From assembly GCA_003136185.1 (NCBI GenBank), contig PLDN01000119.1:44598-65678 (forward strand): a stretch of DNA of 21,081 nt, written 5' to 3'. Positions 7,261-15,978 of this stretch are shown here, in pieces. The DNA is from Acidimicrobiaceae bacterium. Its GTDB lineage: Bacteria > Actinomycetota > Acidimicrobiia > Acidimicrobiales > Bog-793. The notes below the pieces were generated by a model. That model was not told where the DNA came from, ran no database searches, and was given only the letters and a program-made list of their open reading frames with translations. The translations under genes were made by a program, and so were the position numbers. Numbering within the stretch: position 1 is the stretch's first letter; each line of letters opens with the position of its first letter.

Positions 7261-8721
7261 TCAGTTCCCGACCCCGAGCGAGACCGGCGACCGGACGACC
7301 ACCGTCCCGCGGGGAGGCGGCGCAACGGCCCGTTCGATCACGACGGGGTACTCCCCCACTGGGCCGAACTGCGAGCTCACGCGGAATACCCCCACCACTG
7401 CGCCGGCAGCCCAACCGTCATGCAGGTTCGCTGCGGTAACAGGGGCGCCGACAAGATCACCGGAGAAACTCAACCCACCCCAACCAGCCACCCGCACCGG
7501 ACCGGCTATCGACGCCCCCACAGTCGTGTGGGACCACGGGATCGACACCGAGGCGACCTTCACCATCGATCCGAAGGGCGAGACGAGCTGCAGATGGGCC
7601 GTAGCTGCATTCAGCATCGCCATGTCCACTTGGCCCGCCTGGCCCAGCCCGTCGACCTGGCCGGTCACCGAAGTGACGACGAGCACTTGCCTGCCGCCGA
7701 CCTTGCGCCACGCAGCCGCCACGAGGCAGCCTCCCGCAGCCTGAGTGAAGCCGGACTTCACCCCGATGATCCCGTCGAGACCGAGGACCGGGTTGTAGGT
7801 CGTGATCTCGCCCTCGACCGGAAAGGGGACTTCGTACAAGGCGACGATCGAACGGAAGACGGGGTTTCCCATCATGATCGAGCCGAGCAGCGCCTGGTCC
7901 GAGGCCGTCGAGACAGTCTTGCGGTCGACCCCGCTCGCGTCGGCGTAGTGGGTCTGCGTCATTCCGAGCAATAGGGCGGTCGAGTTCATCTTCGCGACGA
8001 AACGAGCCTCGGTGCCCCCCGCCCACCTCGCGAGGATGTCGGCCACATTGTCCGCCGACGGGATCAGGAGCGCCTCGAGAAGTTGCCGCTCAGTGAGAAC
8101 CTCGCCTTTGACGAGCTCCACGTTGGAGAGGTCATTCTCGGAGTACCTGATCCAGGCGTCGTGATCTGCCTGCGTGAAACGAAGACTCGGGCCCTGCTCG
8201 TTGCCCCGCAGAGGATGGGCGCGCAGCACGAGGTAAGCGGTCATGATCTTGGTTTCGCTCGCGATCGGGACCGGGTGCTCCTTCGGGCTCGCCGCGACGA
8301 TGCCCGTCCCGCTTATCGCGACTGCGCCCTCGCCGTGCGATGGAAAGGGCATCGCCGGGAGCTTGCCCGAGACCGGGGAGGTGGCGGCAGCCAGTTCAGT
8401 CAGGTGAGGCAACGAGACCTGTGCCGACGTCCCTGGCGCACCCGAGAGTGTCGACCCGTGCTCTCCTGTCAGCCTCGTGCCACCTAAGCCGGCCAGCGCC
8501 CAGGCGAGCAGGACGACAGAGACGGTCGCAAGCGAGCCGAGGACGATGATCCCGCGGCGGCGGGCACGGGCACGCGCCTGCGCAACCTTGCCAGCGCGCT
8601 CTCGGCGAGCTCGCAACTGGCCGGCGCTGTCCGCGCCGTCGCCGGGCAAGCCACCAAGTCTCTCGGTCGCTCCTCGAGCGTGCATCGGTGTTGCTGGTCG
8701 GTCGATCGGTCGGTGGCTCAT
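7261..8721 (-). CDS. D-alanyl-D-alanine carboxypeptidase (serine-type, PBP5/6-like, S11 family) with an N-terminal membrane anchor
   Basis: 486 aa. An Arg-rich cytoplasmic N-terminus is followed by a TM helix (GIIVLGSLATVSVVLLAWALAGL). The catalytic motifs are SETK (SxxK, in ASETKIMTAYLVL), SADN (SxN) and KSG (in GVKSGFT). Confidence 0.8.
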   Translation of the reverse strand: MSHRPIDRPATPMHARGATERLGGLPGDGADSAGQLRARRERAGKVAQARARARRRGIIVLGSLATVSVVLLAWALAGLGGTRLTGEHGSTLSGAPGTSAQVSLPHLTELAAATSPVSGKLPAMPFPSHGEGAVAISGTGIVAASPKEHPVPIASETKIMTAYLVLRAHPLRGNEQGPSLRFTQADHDAWIRYSENDLSNVELVKGEVLTERQLLEALLIPSADNVADILARWAGGTEARFVAKMNSTALLLGMTQTHYADASGVDRKTVSTASDQALLGSIMMGNPVFRSIVALYEVPFPVEGEITTYNPVLGLDGIIGVKSGFTQAAGGCLVAAAWRKVGGRQVLVVTSVTGQVDGLGQAGQVDMAMLNAATAHLQLVSPFGSMVKVASVSIPWSHTTVGASIAGPVRVAGWGGLSFSGDLVGAPVTAANLHDGWAAGAVVGVFRVSSQFGPVGEYPVVIERAVAPPPRGTVVVRSPVSLGVGN

Positions 8722-8769
8722 GAGAGAATTGGTCGAGCGTACGTCGGCTGGTGACCGGTCCTGTAAACC

Positions 8770-11649
8770 CTACGTGTTCAGCTGGTCGAACTCCTCTGGC
8801 GACATGAGCACCGTCCGCGCCTTCGAGCCCTCCGAAGCGCCCACGATGCCACGTCGCTCGAGCAGGTCCATCAGCCGGCCGGCGCGAGCAAACCCCACCC
8901 GGAGCTTGCGTTGAAGCATCGACGTGGAGCCTAGTTGCGAGCGCACCACTAGCTCCATGGCCTGCGAGAGCAGCTCGTCATCGTCGTCGTCGAAGGTCGA
9001 GGCTCCGCCCGGACCTGCTGACTCTTCGCCCTCGACGCCGTCGAGGTAGCGGGGACCGCTCTGCCGCTTCCAGTGCGCTGCGATGGCCCGAACCTCTTCT
9101 TCGCTCACCCATGGACCCTGTAGCCGCCGCGGGATGCTGGAGGACGCCGTCAACAGCAGTAGGTCTCCACGACCGATGAGTCGCTCGGCGCCGGGCTGGT
9201 CGAGGATCACGCGGCTGTCAGCGAGCGAGGAGACCGAAAAAGCGAGCCTCGAGGGGACGTTCGCTTTGATCACTCCGGTGATGACGTCAACAGATGGCCG
9301 CTGAGTCGCGATGACGAGGTGGATCCCAACTGCCCGTGCCATCTGAGCAATGCGGCAGATCGAGTCCTCGACGTCGCGAGCGGCGATCATCATTAGGTCG
9401 TTCAACTCATCGACGACGATCAGAACGAACGGCAGGCGCGAATGCTGGCGCTCCTCCCCCGCACTCGCTATCCGCCGCCGGCTCTCAGCCACAGCCTCAG
9501 CCGCCGACACCGAAGCCGAGCCAAATTCGCTAACAGGAATCCCGCTAGGAGCCGCCACAGGCACATCGGCCGGGTCATACGCTTCATTAGCGCCGCTCGA
9601 GCCGGCCGCGACGATTGTGTCGGAGCCGACGACCGTTTCTACGGTCGTCGGTGCCGAGACATCGTCGCCGTCGCCGCCATCGCCATCGCCATCCAGCAAA
9701 GGATCGTCGAACTCCCCCCGGTCAACCGCCGCGTTGTACCCCGTGATGTCGCGCATCCCGACCTCGGCAAGCAGGTCGTAGCGGCGCTCCATCTCGGCCA
9801 CTGCCCAACTGAGGGCATTCGCGGCACGCTTGGGGTTGACCACGACCTGGGTGAGCAGGTGCGGGAGGCCGTTGTACTGACCGAGCTCGACGCGTTTCGG
9901 GTCGACGAGGATGAGACGCACCTCGTCGGGGGTCGCCCGCATCAGGATCGAGGAGATGACCGAGTTGATGCACGACGACTTACCGGCGCCGGTCGCACCG
10001 GCGATGAGGATGTGGGGCATCTCGGCCAGGTTCACCATGACCGCCCGGCCGGCGATGTCCCGCCCGAGCGCCACCTCGAGAGGATGCGTCGCCCTACGAG
10101 CCTCCGTGCTCGTGAGGACGTCCCCGAGCGTGACGAGCTGACGCTGCTGGTTGGGCACCTCCACGCCGATTGCGGACCGGCCCGGGATGGGGGCGAGGAT
10201 GCGCACGTCCGGCGAGGCCATCGCGTAGGCGATGTCTTTCGCGAGGTTCGTCACGCGGGCCACTTTCACCCCGGCGCCGAGCTCCAGCTCGAAACGAGTA
10301 ACCGTCGGCCCAACCGTGAATCCCACCAGGTGCGTCTCGACGCCGTGGGCCGCTAGCGCACGCTCGAGGACTCTGCCGCGGGACTCGACCTCCTTGCGGT
10401 CGTGCGTCTGGTCCTTGCTCCGCTTCAGGATCTTGAGCGGCGGGAGCTTCCAGTTGCCACCCGACACGGCGACCGGGAGCGCCAGCTGTTCGACCTTGCC
10501 GGCACCGTCCGCATCCGTCCGACCGGCGGCCAGCATGCCCCCCGCCACGATGGGAGACACCCGGTCGGCCTCGCCATCGGTCGGGGCATCGACGCCTGCC
10601 ACCGCGGCATCGGCGCCGGCGCCGAGCCCTGCCGCCGCTGCCGGTGTAGCGATGGCAGGCACTCCGAGCCTTGTCCCGAGCGCCTCCTCCATGGCCACGT
10701 CGTCGAGCAGGCCCACGGCCGAAGGCGACCCATGCGGGGCGGACCCGATCGTCTCGTCGTAGCCAGTCATGGCCTGAACCGAAGGCTCGCCGGGGCCGTC
10801 GGGATCGAGCGCCGGTCGCCCGATAACCGACGTCCAAGTGGCAGAAAAGGCGCTGCACAGCCCTCCCCAGAGCCCGCGGGCTCCGATGCGGAGCACCTCT
10901 GCGACCCGCCCACCTAGGAGCCAGCAGCAAAGGGCGAGCGCAACGACGCTTATGACGACACCGGCGCCCGCTTGGCCGATGCCCTTCGCGAGACCACCAG
11001 CGATAACCGAGCCGAAGATGCCACCTGCGCCGCCGAGACGGTGCCAGGTGGCCGACGTCGGCGGGTTCCCCCCGAAAAGGTCGGCGAGGCCGGCCGAGGC
11101 GAGAGCCAGGGTCGCCACCGAGCAAACAGTGCCGAGAGCGCCCCAGACGGAGCGCTGCGCGATGAGCAGGACGCCTCCGACGATGAGGCCCACCTCGACC
11201 ACGTTCATCCCCCAGCCGAGCGTGCGGGCACCATTGGTGAACAGCCACGATCCGGCAGGTCCGAGCGCGTGGAAGGAGACGCCGAGCGAGATCAGCACTC
11301 CCGCAACCACGAGCAGCAAGCCCCAGGCGTCGTCGGGCTGGGCGCCGACCAGATCGAGCATGCGGTTCAAGGTGCGTTCGAGCGCGCCGGGACCGCGAGC
11401 AGCGGGCTTGCGGGAGGGCGCAGCGGGTCGCGCCCGTGAAGCCGACGACGCCGACTTCGCCTTCGAACCTCGGGCTCCGGACGTGGCCGAACCCGAACGC
11501 CCCGTCTTCCGCGTCGATGGTTCCCCCGAGGTGCGGGTGCCGGAGCGGGACGACGAGCCTGTACCCGTCCGACCGGCGGACCGCGACCCGGCAGCTGATT
11601 TCGTCACTGCCACAGTGCCACCAACGCTAACACCAGCCCCACCACTCAC
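8770..11649 (-). CDS. ftsK: DNA translocase FtsK (FtsK/SpoIIIE family)
   Basis: 959 aa. The N-terminus is S/G/T/R-rich and low-complexity. Four or five TM helices and a linker follow. The motor domain carries Walker A GATGAGKSS, Walker B LIVVDE and IATQRPSVDVITG. The C-terminal gamma winged-helix domain reads LLSQAMELVVRSQLGSTSMLQRKLRVGFARAGRLMDLLERRGIVG. The start is GTG at 11649; which start is used is uncertain. Confidence 0.9.
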   Translation of the reverse strand: MSGGAGVSVGGTVAVTKSAAGSRSAGRTGTGSSSRSGTRTSGEPSTRKTGRSGSATSGARGSKAKSASSASRARPAAPSRKPAARGPGALERTLNRMLDLVGAQPDDAWGLLLVVAGVLISLGVSFHALGPAGSWLFTNGARTLGWGMNVVEVGLIVGGVLLIAQRSVWGALGTVCSVATLALASAGLADLFGGNPPTSATWHRLGGAGGIFGSVIAGGLAKGIGQAGAGVVISVVALALCCWLLGGRVAEVLRIGARGLWGGLCSAFSATWTSVIGRPALDPDGPGEPSVQAMTGYDETIGSAPHGSPSAVGLLDDVAMEEALGTRLGVPAIATPAAAAGLGAGADAAVAGVDAPTDGEADRVSPIVAGGMLAAGRTDADGAGKVEQLALPVAVSGGNWKLPPLKILKRSKDQTHDRKEVESRGRVLERALAAHGVETHLVGFTVGPTVTRFELELGAGVKVARVTNLAKDIAYAMASPDVRILAPIPGRSAIGVEVPNQQRQLVTLGDVLTSTEARRATHPLEVALGRDIAGRAVMVNLAEMPHILIAGATGAGKSSCINSVISSILMRATPDEVRLILVDPKRVELGQYNGLPHLLTQVVVNPKRAANALSWAVAEMERRYDLLAEVGMRDITGYNAAVDRGEFDDPLLDGDGDGGDGDDVSAPTTVETVVGSDTIVAAGSSGANEAYDPADVPVAAPSGIPVSEFGSASVSAAEAVAESRRRIASAGEERQHSRLPFVLIVVDELNDLMMIAARDVEDSICRIAQMARAVGIHLVIATQRPSVDVITGVIKANVPSRLAFSVSSLADSRVILDQPGAERLIGRGDLLLLTASSSIPRRLQGPWVSEEEVRAIAAHWKRQSGPRYLDGVEGEESAGPGGASTFDDDDDELLSQAMELVVRSQLGSTSMLQRKLRVGFARAGRLMDLLERRGIVGASEGSKARTVLMSPEEFDQLNT

Positions 11650-11690
11650 TGGGGCATCGTCGCTCGGGGCTCGAGACCGGCCGTCCCCCC

Positions 11691-14087
11691 TCAGGAGCCC
11701 GCGTGGCGATCGTGGCGCGCCGCTAGCCCGTGCGAGACGGCGTACCTCGTCGCCTCCACCCGGCTGCGGATGTCGAGCTTGGCGTAGATGTTGGCGAGGT
11801 GCCGCTCGACGGTGCCCACGCTCAGGTGCAGGCGCGCTGCGATCTCTTTGTTGCTCGATCCCGCCGCGACTAGCCCGAGCACCTCTGCCTGGCGAGGCGT
11901 CAGCCTGTCGGGCAGCGCCACGACCGTGAGCTCGCCGAGCTCTCCGAGCGCGGCCCGGGCGGCCGCCAACCCCTGGGTGTTGCCCGTCTCGGCTGCGAGC
12001 GACTCGGCCTCACGCAGGTGCTTGGCGGCGTCCTCGAGCTGTCCGAGCTGGTGCAACGCGCCGCTGAGCCCGATCAGCGCGTTCACGACGTCGTGCGCGT
12101 GCCCGCCTTCCCGGTAGACGACCACGGCTGTCTGGTAATACCCCGCAGCCCCGGACCAGTCCTGACGGCTGGCGCACAGGTCGCCCTGGTTGCATCGAAT
12201 GGTGCCGATCAGTTGACGGTTGTCGAGCTCGTGGGCGAGCGCTCCCGCCTCTGCCAGCGCCCGAGCCGCCATCTCGGGCAAACCGGTGCGGATCAGCACG
12301 TCGGAGAGATTGGCGAGCCCGATAGCGACTGAACGCGGGTCGCCGAGCTGGCGCTTGATGACGAGGGCCTGCTCGAACAGCTCACGAGCCGCAATGAGGT
12401 CGTCGTCGTCCAGCGCCAAGAGAGCAAGGTTGTTGAGCGCGACGGACACCCCGCGGCGGTCGCTCATCGCGTCGCGCAGCTCCATCGCGACCTGGAAGTT
12501 GCGACGTGCGGCGTCGCGGTCGCCGAGGTAGCGGTGAGCAGAGCCGAGCACCGTCGCGGCGAAGGCTGCCAACTCCCGGCGCCCGAGGCTCTGGAAGATG
12601 CCGAGAGAGACAGTCGCCTGGCGGACCGCATCGGCGTAGTCGCCGTTCTCGGCCGCGAGCACGGCGGCGGCGCTGAGGCCGTGGGCGACCGTCTCGTCGC
12701 GGCGGCGACCGGCCGCCTGCAGGAACGTACGCAGCCATCCGCGCCCGACCGTCAGCCGCCCGCACATCAGCCACCAGCGCCACAGGCGGGCGCTCATCTC
12801 GAGTCCGAGATCGGGATCGCCCTCCTCCTCGGCCCACCAAAGGGCGAGCTCGAGGTCGGGATTGGCCGCGTCCATCCGGACCGCCCACTGCGTGCTCTCG
12901 CTGCCGGCGAGGCCGTCCTCGCTGCCGCGGGCGAGCTCGGCGAAGTGCTCGGCGTGCCTACGCCGTAGTTCAGGTCCCTCGTCGGCCGCCGGCGCCAAAC
13001 CGGCGACGTAGACACGCACCGTGTCGAGCATCGTGAAGCGCGCCTGGCCGCTCTCGTGCTTGGCCACCAGGAAGGACGAGTCGACCAGTTCCCGCAGTAG
13101 CGAGGCGACCTCGTGAGCATCGACGGCCGCGACCGCCTGCGCATCGTCGATCGTGAACGCCCCTGCGAACGTGCTGAGCGCGGGAAGGAGTCGCTGCACA
13201 GTAGGACCGAGCAGGGCGTAGCTCTGCGCGGCGACCGACTCCAACGTCCGACTGGCCTCCGAACCGGGAGCAGCGGGCGCCGAGGCGATCAGCGTGTCAC
13301 GGCGGGCGGCTATCTCCCCGATCGAGAGCGTCCCCACCCACCCGGCGATCAACTCGATCGCAAGCGGGAGCCCGTCGAGCCGGCGGCACAGCTCGCCAGC
13401 CAGGCGCTGGTCGTCCCGCCCGGCGGCCAGGTCGGGCAGCCGCTCCCTCGCACGGGTAAGGAAAAGCTGTACTGCATCGGCGCTGTCGAGTTGGGCCGCC
13501 GACGCCCCGACAGGGGGGACGGCGAGCGGGGGGACGACGAACGAGGCCTCTCCCGCGACACCGAGCACCCGCCGGCTCGTCACTACGATCCGAAGGCCCG
13601 GTGCTGCCGAGAGCAAGCCTCTGACAAGGTCGGCTACCTCGTCGCGGAGCTGCTCGGCTCCGTCCAGCACCAGCACCTGCGCGGTCCCGACGAGCGCCTC
13701 GGCGATTGCCTCGTTCGTCGGGACGTCCGGTCGGTCACGGACGCGGAGGGCGGCAGCGACCGCAGCGCTCAGGAACGCCGCGCCCCGAATCGGCTCGAGC
13801 GCCACGAACGTCACCGGCAGGCCGAGCTCACTGCCTCGGATCGCTTCGAGAGCGAGGCGGGTCTTGCCGACACCGCCTGGGCCCGTGAGGCACACGAGAC
13901 GGTTGCGGGTTAGCAGCTCACCGAGGGCCGCCAGCTCGGCGGCTCGCCCGACGAAGCTCGACAGCGGCCAAGGCAACGACCCTCCGCCGGGCTCGCCAGC
14001 TGCCGAGCTATCCGACCCTCCGGCCGGCTCGGCCGGCATCGATCGCGCCGCCGCTGGCGCCGAACCAGCCGCATGCTCCGCCTCCAA
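11691..14087 (-). CDS. Large ATP-binding LuxR-family transcriptional regulator (STAND/NB-ARC-like ATPase + TPR repeats + C-terminal LuxR HTH)
   Basis: 798 aa. It has the P-loop LVCLTGPGGVGKTRLA. A central region of TPR-like repeats follows (LANLSDV..., ALNNLALLAL...). The C-terminus, LTPRQAEVLGLVAAGSSNKEIAARLHLSVGTVERHLANIYAKLDIRSRVEA, is a LuxR/GerE-type HTH. The track start at 14087 is TTG; an alternative ATG lies at 14039. Confidence 0.8.
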   Translation of the reverse strand: MEAEHAAGSAPAAARSMPAEPAGGSDSSAAGEPGGGSLPWPLSSFVGRAAELAALGELLTRNRLVCLTGPGGVGKTRLALEAIRGSELGLPVTFVALEPIRGAAFLSAAVAAALRVRDRPDVPTNEAIAEALVGTAQVLVLDGAEQLRDEVADLVRGLLSAAPGLRIVVTSRRVLGVAGEASFVVPPLAVPPVGASAAQLDSADAVQLFLTRARERLPDLAAGRDDQRLAGELCRRLDGLPLAIELIAGWVGTLSIGEIAARRDTLIASAPAAPGSEASRTLESVAAQSYALLGPTVQRLLPALSTFAGAFTIDDAQAVAAVDAHEVASLLRELVDSSFLVAKHESGQARFTMLDTVRVYVAGLAPAADEGPELRRRHAEHFAELARGSEDGLAGSESTQWAVRMDAANPDLELALWWAEEEGDPDLGLEMSARLWRWWLMCGRLTVGRGWLRTFLQAAGRRRDETVAHGLSAAAVLAAENGDYADAVRQATVSLGIFQSLGRRELAAFAATVLGSAHRYLGDRDAARRNFQVAMELRDAMSDRRGVSVALNNLALLALDDDDLIAARELFEQALVIKRQLGDPRSVAIGLANLSDVLIRTGLPEMAARALAEAGALAHELDNRQLIGTIRCNQGDLCASRQDWSGAAGYYQTAVVVYREGGHAHDVVNALIGLSGALHQLGQLEDAAKHLREAESLAAETGNTQGLAAARAALGELGELTVVALPDRLTPRQAEVLGLVAAGSSNKEIAARLHLSVGTVERHLANIYAKLDIRSRVEATRYAVSHGLAARHDRHAGS

Positions 14088-14120
14088 CGCCTCGAGCCGG
14101 CGCGCCGCCTGAGGCGAGAT

Positions 14121-14278
14121 CTAGGTGCGGCCCGTCTCCCACCGATTTACTGTTGCGAACGAGACTCCGAGACGGTGCGCCAGCTGCCCTGGCTCACTCC
14201 CATGGCCGAGCGCAGCTCGCGAAGCCGCCCAGGCAGGTTCTCGTCGGCCGGTCCTGACCCGGCAGGGCCAGCCGGCAA
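14121..14278 (-). pseudogene. Frameshifted remnant of a small XRE (Cro/C1)-family helix-turn-helix gene
   Basis: On the minus strand one frame reads ...[17 protein letters not shown](SW...), the first half of an XRE HTH. The frame 1 nt away continues (G)[21 protein letters not shown], the second half, and ends at TAG 14123..14121. A single missing base in cagggc^agctgg would restore [34 protein letters not shown]. Confidence 0.4.
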
Positions 14279-14283
14279 GGCCC

Positions 14284-15954
14284 TCAGGCCTCCACCACGA
14301 CCGGCACGATCATCGGCCGGCGGCGCGTCCTCTCGTTCACGAGGCGCCCGAGCGTCCGCCGGATAATCCGCCGCAACGCATCAGGTTCGTGCTTGCCCTC
14401 GCCGACCGCCACTTCGACAGCCTTCTCGATCGCCGCCCGTGCCTCCGACGCCAGGTCCTCATGGCCCGCATCATCCAAGAAACCCCGACTTACCACCTCA
14501 GCCCGCCCGACGAGCTTTCCCGTTCGCCGCGCAACAGTCACAACCGCCACGACGACGCCCTCTTCTGCCAGCACCCGCCGGTCGCGCAGCACACCGAGGC
14601 CGACGTCGCCCGCGATCCCATCCACGAAGATGTAGTCCGAGGGGACCTCGCCGTCGAAGTCGATCCCGTCGTCGGTGAGCGCGATCACGTCGCCGTCCTC
14701 GCAGACGAGGACCTCCTTCGCAGGCACGCCCATCTCGATCGCGAGCCGGGAGTGGCGCAACAGGTGTCGGTACTCGCCATGGACCGGGACGAAGCTCGCC
14801 GGCCGGGCGATCGACAACAAGGTCGCGAGCTCGCCCTGGCGGGCATGGCCACTCTCGTGCACGTGGGCGACCGAAGCGTGGATCACCTCCGCGCCGCGCC
14901 GGGCGAGGCCGTCCATGACCTTGCCGACGGCCCACTCGTTACCGGGGATCGCGTGCGAGCTCAGTACGACCACGTCGCCGTCGACGATGTTGAGCCAGCG
15001 GCTCTCACCACCGGCCATCAACGAAAGCGCCGACATCGGCTCACCCTGCGAGCCCGTCGAGAGGATGCAGAGCTCGCCGGGATCGACACGGTCGATTTCC
15101 TCGATGTCGACGATCGACTGGTCGGAGATGTGGAGGAGCCCCAACTCGCGGGCGAGCGCGACGTTCTTCACCATCGACCGGCCGAGCAGTGCCATGCGCC
15201 GGCCGCTCGCGATGGCGGCTTCGGAGAGCTGCTGGATGCGGTGCACGTGGCTCGCGAAACAGGCCACGATGATGCGCCGCCCGGTATGGGTGTCGAAAAT
15301 ACGCCGGAGCGACTCGCCGACCAAGCTCTCACTGCCGGTGAACCCTGGCTCCTCGGCGTTCGTCGAGTCCGAGAGCAAGAGCCGGACGCCCACCGTCGAT
15401 GCGATCTCGCCGATCCGCGACAGGTCGGTGCGCCGTCCGTCGACCGGCGTCAGGTCGAGCTTGAAGTCGCCCGAGTGAAGCACGACCCCTTGATCGGTGT
15501 GGAAGGCCGTCGCGAAACCGTTCGGCACCGAGTGCGTGACGGGTATGAACTCGACGTCGAAGGGCCCGATGCGGCGGCGCTCACCATCGCTCACCGCAAT
15601 GAGTTTCGCCGAAGACGCCAGGTTCGCCTCGTCCAGCCGGTTGCGGGCGATCCCGAGCGTGAACGCCGAGCCGTAGACCGGCACGTTCATCTCCGTCAGC
15701 AAGTAGGCGATCGCCCCGACGTGGTCCTCGTGCCCGTGCGAAAGGACGATCCCGTCGACGTCGCCCGCCCGGTCGGTGAGGAATGAGAAGTCCGGCAGCA
15801 CGAGGTCGACCCCAGGCATTTCGGCGTTCGGGAACATCACTCCGCAGTCGAGGACCACGAGGCGTCCTGCCTGCTCGATGACCGCGCAGTTACGCCCTAT
15901 CTCGCCTAATCCCCCTAGAAACGCAACCCGTACCCGCTCACCCACCGCGCACAC
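14284..15954 (-). CDS. rnj: Ribonuclease J (MBL + beta-CASP + C-terminal domain)
   Basis: 556 aa with LGGLGEIGRNC, the HxHxDH motif LSHGHEDHVGA, and conserved beta-CASP and C-terminal regions. GTG start at 15954. It lies 24 nt downstream of dapA, as in mycobacteria. Confidence 0.9.
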   Translation of the reverse strand: MCAVGERVRVAFLGGLGEIGRNCAVIEQAGRLVVLDCGVMFPNAEMPGVDLVLPDFSFLTDRAGDVDGIVLSHGHEDHVGAIAYLLTEMNVPVYGSAFTLGIARNRLDEANLASSAKLIAVSDGERRRIGPFDVEFIPVTHSVPNGFATAFHTDQGVVLHSGDFKLDLTPVDGRRTDLSRIGEIASTVGVRLLLSDSTNAEEPGFTGSESLVGESLRRIFDTHTGRRIIVACFASHVHRIQQLSEAAIASGRRMALLGRSMVKNVALARELGLLHISDQSIVDIEEIDRVDPGELCILSTGSQGEPMSALSLMAGGESRWLNIVDGDVVVLSSHAIPGNEWAVGKVMDGLARRGAEVIHASVAHVHESGHARQGELATLLSIARPASFVPVHGEYRHLLRHSRLAIEMGVPAKEVLVCEDGDVIALTDDGIDFDGEVPSDYIFVDGIAGDVGLGVLRDRRVLAEEGVVVAVVTVARRTGKLVGRAEVVSRGFLDDAGHEDLASEARAAIEKAVEVAVGEGKHEPDALRRIIRRTLGRLVNERTRRRPMIVPVVVEA

Positions 15955-15978
15955 TCCCGCTGGTCGCCCTCGAGTGGC

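Noticed and set aside
7232-7414. N-terminal 61 codons of the track ORF 6392..7414
   Set aside because: This stretch is R/G-rich. It overlaps the 3' end of the DD-carboxypeptidase gene in another frame. The conserved GHMP N-terminal motif begins right after an internal GTG (7231), so the extension is a no-stop artefact.
7046-7744. 232-aa + strand ORF
   Set aside because: It spans the kinase / DD-carboxypeptidase junction on the opposite strand. The translation is Pro/Thr/Arg-rich nonsense.
10094-11248. 384-aa minus-strand ORF and several 100-360 aa + strand ORFs inside ftsK
   Set aside because: They are overlapping or alternate-frame ORFs within the FtsK coding region with R/G/P-rich translations. 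The FtsK frame carries the Walker A/B and gamma-domain motifs.
14125-15786. 553-aa ORF on the + strand
   Set aside because: It is entirely antisense to the unmistakable RNase J gene. The translation is R/P/A-rich with no recognisable domain, a typical high-GC artefact.
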